Positions 1-6,749 of a stretch of DNA of 57,902 bases are shown in pieces. Made by a program: the position numbers and the translations under genes. Within the stretch, counting starts at the first letter, position 1. Every line of letters begins with the position of its first letter. This DNA is from Oscillospiraceae bacterium (GTDB lineage Bacteria; Bacillota; Clostridia; Oscillospirales; Acutalibacteraceae). Under the pieces are notes generated by a model, which had not been told where the DNA came from, ran no database searches, and worked only from the letters and a program-made list of their open reading frames with translations. The stretch covers positions 1-57,902 of the forward strand of contig CADBPL010000018.1 in NCBI GenBank assembly GCA_902796535.1, in the 5' to 3' direction.

Positions 1-984
1 GCGGTAATTCATCAGCGGCTGCGTGAACATTGCGTCGTCCGCTTCTTCAAACCCAAGCCCCATGCCGCTGAAGGAATCGGTCAGGCCGGTCACAACGCAG
101 ACGTCGCCCGCCTGCGCTTCGTCAGCAGTGGTGAAGCGCGAGCCGGAATAAAACCGAATGGCGCTGATTTTTTCTTCCTTATCGCCGTATCGGACGGCGT
201 CACGCACGCGCAAAACACCGCCGGTCACTTTTAAATGGGTCAGCTTTGCGCCGTTGCTGTCGTGCGTGATTTTGAACACTTTGGCGCCGAAAGCAGGCGG
301 GTAGTTTTTGTTCAGGACATATTCTTCCAGTCCCTGCAGAAAGGTTTCAATGCCTTCCATTTTCAGGCCGGAACCGAAATAACAGGGAAAAATCTGGCGA
401 TCATAGATCAGTTGCGCAAGGTCCTCCTGGCTAACGCTGCCGATTTCCAGATATTCATCCAGCAATGCTTCACTGCACGTTGCGGCGGCTTCATAAATCA
501 GGCTGTAATCACCGCTTGAAAAATTCAGGCAGTCCGCTTTTAACTCGCGCCGCAGCTCGTTTAAAATCTCCTGTTCGCTCTGCCGGGCATAATCCATTTT
601 GGTCACGAACAGAAAGGTCGGGATGTGATATTCCCGCAGCAGCTTCCACAGCGTGAGCGTGTGCGACTGGATCGGTTCGGCGCCACTGATGACGAGGATT
701 GCGTAATCAAGCACGCGCAGCATCCGTTCCGTCTCCGCCGAAAAATCCACGTGCCCGGGCGTATCCAGCAGCGTCATTTCGAGTTCGCCGTACTGTACGG
801 TAGTCTGACCGGCAAAAATGGTGATGCCGCGCTCTTTTTCAAGGGCGTGCGTGTCCATCACGGTGTCGCCGTGGTCGACCCGCCCGGCTTTGCGGATCTT
901 GCCGCATTTATAAAGCAGCGCTTCCGCCAGCGTTGTTTTGCCTGCGTCCACATGGGCGCAGATGCCTAAAACCGTTTTTTTCAT
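1..984 (-). CDS. Translation-factor GTPase of the Tet(M)/Tet(O)/EF-G-like family. This is the N-terminal part; the gene runs off the left edge of the window.
   Basis: Hand translation of the minus strand from the ATG at 984..982 gives MKKTVLGICAHVDAGKTTLAEALLYKCGKIRKAGRVDHGDTVMDTHALEKERGITIFAGQ...LLDTPGHVDFSAETERML. It shows G1 AHVDAGKTT, G2 RGITI and G3 DTPGH. The ORF is absent from the supplied track because it is truncated by the window edge. Confidence 0.75.
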   Translation of the reverse strand, partial: MKKTVLGICAHVDAGKTTLAEALLYKCGKIRKAGRVDHGDTVMDTHALEKERGITIFAGQTTVQYGELEMTLLDTPGHVDFSAETERMLRVLDYAILVISGAEPIQSHTLTLWKLLREYHIPTFLFVTKMDYARQSEQEILNELRRELKADCLNFSSGDYSLIYEAAATCSEALLDEYLEIGSVSQEDLAQLIYDRQIFPCYFGSGLKMEGIETFLQGLEEYVLNKNYPPAFGAKVFKITHDSNGAKLTHLKVTGGVLRVRDAVRYGDKEEKISAIRFYSGSRFTTADEAQAGDVCVVTGLTDSFSGMGLGFEEADDAMFTQPLMNYR

Positions 985-2772
985 TTATTTAGTGAGGTCG
1001 GCGATGGCCTGAAAAGCGGTCATGATTTTGGAAGCGGAATGCTTTGCGGCGGAGAGCAGTTCATCGGCCGTGCCGCCGAAGGCGTAGTCAAAAATCGACG
1101 CGTTGGGGTCGTATTCATAGTTGGCGCGGTCGCTGCCTTTGAGGGCCCAATGCCCCCAGCCGGAATAGAAATTATCCGGCACGACGTAGCCAATGTAATC
1201 GTTGGCAAAGCAGACGGCGTAAACGTCAACGCCCTGCCTGACCATTTCCGCGGCGGCGGGTATCGTCCATTCCGTACCGTCCCAGGAATAGTTTTCCACA
1301 TCGTTGGTGATCATGCCTTTGCCGCCGAACACCTCGGGGTAAAGCTCGCACGGATACAAGCCGAATGCGACGCGGCTGCCGAATTCGACGTAGCCGACTT
1401 CGGAGGGCAGTACCATATCGTTGAACCCTCGCCCGGTTTTGTAAACGGGGTTGTCCACCAGCCGGCAGCGGCAGGCCAAATGAAGCGTGTAATTATCGGC
1501 GGAGAAAGCAACGTAGCGGTATTTTGCGTTGAGAACCGGCTTGAGCTCTTCTTCCGCGCGGTTGTCGGTTGCTGCGCTGAGGATCAGCTCCGCAACGGCT
1601 TCGCCATAGGCGTCCGTTCCCCGGCAGCTGGATTTTTCGTAAAGCTCTTCGCCGACCTTCTCTTTGAGGTTCAGCTCCCTGCTCGTGGTCAGATACTTTT
1701 CTTCATGGCTCACGCTGATGCCGCTGCTCGACACCTGGCCGACGGCGCCCTGCGTCATAATGAAGTTATAGCCGGCTTTTTGCATCATATAATCGGTGTA
1801 GAAAATATAGTCCGACGAGACAAGCCCGGCGTTTGCGCTGGCACAGGTCGGGTGACAGGTGTAGTTGACCAGATAGGTGCCCTTGCTGCTGCTGTTTGCC
1901 GGTTCAAAGCGCAGAATGCCCGCGTCAGCCAGATTTTCGGAATCGATATAGCCGCGTTTATCGCGCGCCAGCGCCGCCGAATCGGTCACGTCGTAATAAA
2001 GCCTGCCGCTCTCTTTTTTGTTGTAGGCTTCCTTGATCTTTTCGGCGCTGACGCGGATGAGATTGTCGATAAAAGCATCGTTATCTGTTGCGGCGCGCTC
2101 CTGCCCCAAAAGATTTGTAAAAATGTTTTTGGTGAGCACCGCTAAGAAATTGGCGGAAACTCCCTGCGTGTCCAACGCGCTGTGGCAGTGCGTGGCGGAA
2201 ACGTTGATGGCGGCGATGCGCCCGTCTGCGGTGTAATCGGCGCAGGCTTCGCGGATCATGCGGATGGTGTTGGAGGTAACGCCGAGCCCGTCGATCACCG
2301 CAAGGATCACGGCGCCCTGACCGCTGCCGTCGTCCAAGCAGATCACGCGCACGCGCTGGTCGTCCAGAATGCCCTGCGCCTTGCCGCCGCCCGCAAAGTT
2401 GAGCTGACGGCCGAGCACATATTGGCCCGCAGCAAAGTCGTCGGGGATGATGCTGCCGGAAGCGTAGCCGACCTGCCACTGCGCCTGTTCGGCAGCGTCA
2501 GTCAGATAGTCCTGCCGGCCGTCCTTTTCATCATAGACATACGTCGAGTCATATTCCGAAATGTTTTTCCAGGTGCGCGGCGCGGGATAGACCTTGCAGA
2601 TGCCCTTCACGACGCCCTGAATGATGCTGTTGATCCTGTTGCCGAACGCCACGCGGCTTTCCTTTGTGCCGGTGACAGAGGAAGTAACGCTTGCGCTTGA
2701 GGGAACGGTGAGGCTTGTCAGCAGCAGCGCTGCGCAGAGCAAAGCGGCAAACAGTTTTTTACTTCTTTTCAC
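985..2772 (-). CDS. Secreted hydrolase resembling the neutral/alkaline (non-lysosomal) ceramidase family.
   Basis: 595-aa ORF with a GTG start preceded by GGAAGGA. Signal peptide MKRSKKLFAALLCAALLLTSLTVPSSASV. The layout is like neutral ceramidase: DDQRVRVICLDDGSG..., NVSATHCHSALDTQG (compare ATHTHSGPGG), LRFEP...NYTCHPT, PCELYPE and FANDYIGYVV. It is a paralog of the gene at 17759..19363. Confidence 0.5.
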   Translation of the reverse strand: MKRSKKLFAALLCAALLLTSLTVPSSASVTSSVTGTKESRVAFGNRINSIIQGVVKGICKVYPAPRTWKNISEYDSTYVYDEKDGRQDYLTDAAEQAQWQVGYASGSIIPDDFAAGQYVLGRQLNFAGGGKAQGILDDQRVRVICLDDGSGQGAVILAVIDGLGVTSNTIRMIREACADYTADGRIAAINVSATHCHSALDTQGVSANFLAVLTKNIFTNLLGQERAATDNDAFIDNLIRVSAEKIKEAYNKKESGRLYYDVTDSAALARDKRGYIDSENLADAGILRFEPANSSSKGTYLVNYTCHPTCASANAGLVSSDYIFYTDYMMQKAGYNFIMTQGAVGQVSSSGISVSHEEKYLTTSRELNLKEKVGEELYEKSSCRGTDAYGEAVAELILSAATDNRAEEELKPVLNAKYRYVAFSADNYTLHLACRCRLVDNPVYKTGRGFNDMVLPSEVGYVEFGSRVAFGLYPCELYPEVFGGKGMITNDVENYSWDGTEWTIPAAAEMVRQGVDVYAVCFANDYIGYVVPDNFYSGWGHWALKGSDRANYEYDPNASIFDYAFGGTADELLSAAKHSASKIMTAFQAIADLTK

Positions 2773-2801
2773 ATTCGATCATCCTTCCGAAGCAAAGTGG
2801 T

Positions 2802-3791
2802 TTATTTTTCGTTTTCTTTGATCCATTTTACCATATCTGTCAAGGATCGTTCCACTGACATGGGCTGATAGCCCAGCTCGTTTTTTGCTTTTTCGATGGA
2901 AAAGTTGCAGTTTGAAATCAGCTTGCGCACCGAATAGCGCGTGAAGAGCGGCGTGGCCTTGCTGAGCTTGTAATACACTTCGCACACCGGGGCGGCAACG
3001 CTGACAACGCCGTAGCCCAGCTTGATTTTGGGGATCTTTTTGCCGCAGACCCTGCACAGGGTGCAGATGAAAGCATCGACCGAGATCTGTTCGCCGCACA
3101 GGATATACCCCTCGCCAGTTTTGCCTTTTTCGGCGGCGAGGATCATGCCCTGCGCAACGTCGCGGATATCCACAAAATTATAAGCGCCGAAGTTCAGCGA
3201 AACCGGATAGCCGTGCCTGATCACGGTGCGCACCATTTCGCCGATGTTGGAAACCTTAAAATCATACGGGCCGATGCAGGCGCCGGGGTAAACCACAACG
3301 GCGTCAAGCTCGCCGCGCTTCACCGTGTCGAACACATAATTAGTGGCGGAAGCCTTGGTTTTGGCGTAGGTGCCGTCGAGCCGGTCGGGGAAGAATTCCG
3401 AAACCTCTGTCATGAGCTGATTGTTCGGCAGCGGCTCATAGGCGTCAACCGACGAAGCGTAGACCAGCCGCCGCACGCCGCACGCTTTGCACGCCTCAAC
3501 CACGTTTTTGGTGCCTTCAAAATTGACCTTCCACACCATATCGTCGTTGCCGACGTTGATGTCGATCAGGCCTGCCAGATGGTAGACCGTGTCGGCGCCT
3601 TCAAACGCTTTTTTGAGCGAGGCGGGGTCGGTCACGTCGCCGAACACCTTTTCGCATTCTATCCCGTCAAAAATGCCGGAATCCTTACGGATCAGGATGC
3701 GAACCGTTTCGCCCTGCTCCGCCAGTTTTTTCAGCAGCGCATAACCGATGTGGCCGGTTGCGCCGGTCACGACCTTGATCGCCTGATTCAT
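2802..3791 (-). CDS. NAD-dependent epimerase/dehydratase-family SDR (extended SDR, dihydroflavonol/cinnamoyl-CoA reductase-like).
   Basis: 329 aa. Rossmann motif VVTGATGHIGYAL and catalytic YAKTK (YxxxK). RBS AGGAGGG lies 7 nt before the ATG at 3791. Confidence 0.75.
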   Translation of the reverse strand: MNQAIKVVTGATGHIGYALLKKLAEQGETVRILIRKDSGIFDGIECEKVFGDVTDPASLKKAFEGADTVYHLAGLIDINVGNDDMVWKVNFEGTKNVVEACKACGVRRLVYASSVDAYEPLPNNQLMTEVSEFFPDRLDGTYAKTKASATNYVFDTVKRGELDAVVVYPGACIGPYDFKVSNIGEMVRTVIRHGYPVSLNFGAYNFVDIRDVAQGMILAAEKGKTGEGYILCGEQISVDAFICTLCRVCGKKIPKIKLGYGVVSVAAPVCEVYYKLSKATPLFTRYSVRKLISNCNFSIEKAKNELGYQPMSVERSLTDMVKWIKENEK

Positions 3792-3912
3792 ATGCAGTCC
3801 CTCCTGTTATAAGAATAAAATGTCGTTTTGCTTATTTATCATTATATCGGATAAAAGAAGAGTTTTCAATCATTATTTAACAATTCGCACACATTGTTTT
3901 TACGGATGGGTG

Positions 3913-3942
3913 TTGACCGTTGTCTGCACGCTATGGTAAAAT
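3913..3942 (+). promoter_or_regulatory. Sigma-A-type promoter for the 4064..6624 SDR pair.
   Basis: TTGACC (3913-3918), an 18-nt spacer, then TGgTAAAAT (extended -10, hexamer 3937-3942). Confidence 0.45.
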
Positions 3943-4063
3943 AAAAACAACACCGCACCGTTTGCAGCGCTCGCCCTGTTTGATCCTTAATCCGTCAGTC
4001 TGCGGCGCGATACGCACTTGAATGATGCGGTATTACCTGAAAAAATACAAAGGGGATGACGCA

Positions 4064-5572
4064 ATGAAAAAAACAGTTGCTTTGACCGGCGGCTCCGGTA
4101 ATATGGGCTTTCAGGGCTTTAAAGAGCTCTATCGCTACCGCGACAAATACAACATTGTGCTTTTGCTTCGCGACAGTGAGAAAAACCGCAAAAAGTTCAG
4201 AATGTACATCGGCGACCCGTGCGTGAAAATCGTGTGGGGCGACCTGACCAAATTTGACGATGTGAAGCAGTTGGTCGACGGAGCCGACGTGGTGCTTCAC
4301 GTGGGCGGCATGGTTTCTCCCGCGGCGGATTATTATCCCAGGCGCACGCTCAAAACCAATGTTTCGGCGGCCGAGAACATTGTCAACGCCGTCAAGGCGC
4401 AGCCCGACCCAGACAGCGTCAAGGTCGTTTATATCGGCACCGTTGCTGAAACGGGCGACCGTAACCCGCCCATCCACTGGGCCAGAACCGGCGACCCGAT
4501 CAAGATCAGCGTTTACGATCATTACGCCATCAGCAAGGTCAAGGCGGAGGCGATTTTTGCCGAATCCGGCCTGAAGCACTGGGTTTCGATGCGTCAATCC
4601 GGCATCCTCTACCCTGCCATTCTCAAAAACATGGATCCGATCATGTTCCATGTGCCGATCAACGGCGTGCTGGAATGGGCGACGGTGGAAGATTCCGGCC
4701 GTCTGCTTGAGCACGTCTGCCGCGACGATGTGCCGGAGGATTTCTGGCGCAAGTTCTACAACATCGGCAGCGGCAAGGAATACCGCATCACCAACTATGA
4801 ATTTGAAGAGCTGCTGCTGGGCGCGCTGGGTCTGCCCTCCCCCAAGCTGCTGTTTGAGGCGGAATGGTTCATTCTGCGCAACTTCCACGGCCAGTGGTAT
4901 ATCGATTCCGACAAGCTCGACGATATCCTTCACTTCCGCGCGAACGTGCCGATCAAAAAGTATTTTGACGACATGGCCGCCGCCGTGCCGGCCTATTACC
5001 GCGCCTGCAAAATGCTGCCCAAGCAGTTGGGCGGCGCCGTGGCCGCGCTGGCCAAGCCGTTCATGAAAAAAATTGCCGAGACCGAGCTTTACGGCACGCT
5101 GCACTGGAAAGCGACCGAGGATAAAAACCGCATCAGCGCCTATTTCGGCTCCATGGACGCCGTGAAAAAGATGAAGAGCTGGAAGGATTTTGACATTCAG
5201 CGCCCGAGCGAGGAATACACTCTGCTCGACCACGGCTATGATGAGAGCAAGCCTGACAGCGAGCTGGATATTGACGATATGAGAAAAGCGGCGGAATTTC
5301 GCGGCGGCAAGCTGCTGTCTCAGACCATGACCAAGGGCGACCTGTTCACCCCGTTAATGTGGGAAAGCGCGCGCGGCAATGCGTTTGAAATGACGCCGAA
5401 CCTTGTGCTCAAGGGCGGCCACTGGTGCCCCGAAGAGCTGCCCTGGCCGTGGGATTATGACACGGAGGCCAAAATCAACCCGTTCTTTGCGCAGGTCTGG
5501 TATCCGCTGCACGACAAGGATGAAGACAACCGCTACGACGAATCCATTTTCAAAGGCTTCAAAGATATGTGA
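4064..5572 (+). CDS. SDR/NAD(P)-binding protein with an extra C-terminal region of about 120 aa of unknown function.
   Basis: ORF 4022..5572. The preferred start is the ATG at 4064 (MKKTVALTGGSGNMGFQG) behind AAAGGGGA. Glycine-rich Rossmann motif TGGSGNMG and YAISK (YxxxK). The C-terminal tail has no SDR features. Confidence 0.65.
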   Translation: MKKTVALTGGSGNMGFQGFKELYRYRDKYNIVLLLRDSEKNRKKFRMYIGDPCVKIVWGDLTKFDDVKQLVDGADVVLHVGGMVSPAADYYPRRTLKTNVSAAENIVNAVKAQPDPDSVKVVYIGTVAETGDRNPPIHWARTGDPIKISVYDHYAISKVKAEAIFAESGLKHWVSMRQSGILYPAILKNMDPIMFHVPINGVLEWATVEDSGRLLEHVCRDDVPEDFWRKFYNIGSGKEYRITNYEFEELLLGALGLPSPKLLFEAEWFILRNFHGQWYIDSDKLDDILHFRANVPIKKYFDDMAAAVPAYYRACKMLPKQLGGAVAALAKPFMKKIAETELYGTLHWKATEDKNRISAYFGSMDAVKKMKSWKDFDIQRPSEEYTLLDHGYDESKPDSELDIDDMRKAAEFRGGKLLSQTMTKGDLFTPLMWESARGNAFEMTPNLVLKGGHWCPEELPWPWDYDTEAKINPFFAQVWYPLHDKDEDNRYDESIFKGFKDM

Positions 5573-5601
5573 TTGAATAAAGGAAAGGATGGATCAGAAC
5601 C

Positions 5602-6624
5602 ATGAATGTGTTTATGATTGGCGGCACCGGTCTGCTCGGCTGCGAGGCGGCTAAGGTTCTCATCGAAAAAGGCCACAAGGTCACGTCGGTCGCGCTGCCT
5701 CCCCTGCCCGCGGGCGCGCCGATCCCCAAAGAAATGGACATAATTCTTGAGGATATCAACAAAAAGAGCGACGAAGAAGTGGAAGCGCTGCTCAAGGGCA
5801 ACGACGTGTTCATTTTTGCCGCCGGTGTTGATGAGCGTGTGGAATTCCCCGCGCCGGTGATGGATTATTATTACAAATTCAACGTTGCGCCGCTGGAGCG
5901 TATTTTCCCGATCTGCAAAAAGGTCGGCGTCAAGCGGGCGGTCGTGCTCGGCTCCTATTTTTCTTATCTGTCCAAGCTCCGCCCGGACATGAAGCTGACC
6001 GAGCGCAACCCCTATTTTAAATCGCGCATTCAGCAGGAGCAGGTTTGCGAAGCGTTTTGCGATGACACGTTCAGCTGCGCCGTGCTCGAGCTGCCCTACA
6101 TTTTCGGCACGCAGCCCGGCCGCAAGCCGGTTTGGACGGTGCTGATCGAGCAGATCAAAATGATGGACAGCCTGCCCTTCACCCTCTACCCGGCCGGTGG
6201 CACGGCAATGCTCACCTGCCGTCAGGTCGGTCAGGTTATTGCGGGCGCGGCGGAACGCCGGAAGAGCGGCTTTGACGCGATCCCGATCGGCATGTACAAC
6301 ATGAAGTGGGATCAGTTCCTCAAAATCGTCTATGCCGCCAGAGGCATGGGCTACAACCGCAAGATCGTCAGCGTGCCGCCGATGATGATGAAAATGGGCA
6401 TGGTCAAGGTCGTGCTCGATTACAAAAAGCGCAAGATCGATTCGGGCATGGATCCGTTCAATCTGCCCGACATTATGGATATTGACCTGTTCATTAACAA
6501 CGCCTATGCCAAAGAGCTCGGCGCGACGGAGGATGATATCGACGCCGCCATCACGGAATCGATCCGTATCTCGGAAGAGGCGTTCAACGGCACCGTGCAG
6601 CTGCTCGACATGAAGGGCGAATAA
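5602..6624 (+). CDS. NAD(P)-binding Rossmann protein (atypical SDR / NmrA-like).
   Basis: 340 aa. The N-terminus MNVFMIGGTGLLGCEAAKVLIEKGHKV is a classic GxxGxxG fold. It starts 29 nt after the preceding SDR gene behind AAAGGAAAGGA. A terminator follows. Confidence 0.6.
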   Translation: MNVFMIGGTGLLGCEAAKVLIEKGHKVTSVALPPLPAGAPIPKEMDIILEDINKKSDEEVEALLKGNDVFIFAAGVDERVEFPAPVMDYYYKFNVAPLERIFPICKKVGVKRAVVLGSYFSYLSKLRPDMKLTERNPYFKSRIQQEQVCEAFCDDTFSCAVLELPYIFGTQPGRKPVWTVLIEQIKMMDSLPFTLYPAGGTAMLTCRQVGQVIAGAAERRKSGFDAIPIGMYNMKWDQFLKIVYAARGMGYNRKIVSVPPMMMKMGMVKVVLDYKKRKIDSGMDPFNLPDIMDIDLFINNAYAKELGATEDDIDAAITESIRISEEAFNGTVQLLDMKGE

Positions 6625-6637
6625 GAAGAATCTCGCA

Positions 6638-6671
6638 AACAGAGCATATCGAAACGGTATGCTCTGTTTTT
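6638..6671 (+). terminator. Rho-independent terminator after the SDR gene at 5602..6624.
   Basis: Stem AACAGAGCATA (6638-6648) / TATGCTCTGTT (6658-6668), followed by a T-run. Confidence 0.75.
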
Positions 6672-6675
6672 GCGT

Positions 6676-6717
6676 AAAAAAGGGATCGGCAGCAGCGGAA
6701 AACCGCTGCTGCCGATC
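6676..6717 (-). terminator. Rho-independent terminator of the giant surface-protein gene.
   Basis: Perfect 15-bp stem GATCGGCAGCAGCGG (6684-6698) / CCGCTGCTGCCGATC (6703-6717) with a 4-nt loop. On the minus strand it is followed by CCCTTTTTT. Confidence 0.8.
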
Positions 6718-6749
6718 GTGTGTTGTTCAATTCTGTTTTGGCGTTTTGC

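Noticed and set aside
1-984. Calling the GTPase a tetracycline-resistance gene (tet).
   Set aside because: Only about 328 N-terminal residues are visible. The G-domain motifs are shared with EF-G and other translational GTPases. There is no mobile-element context. A resistance function cannot be supported from sequence alone.
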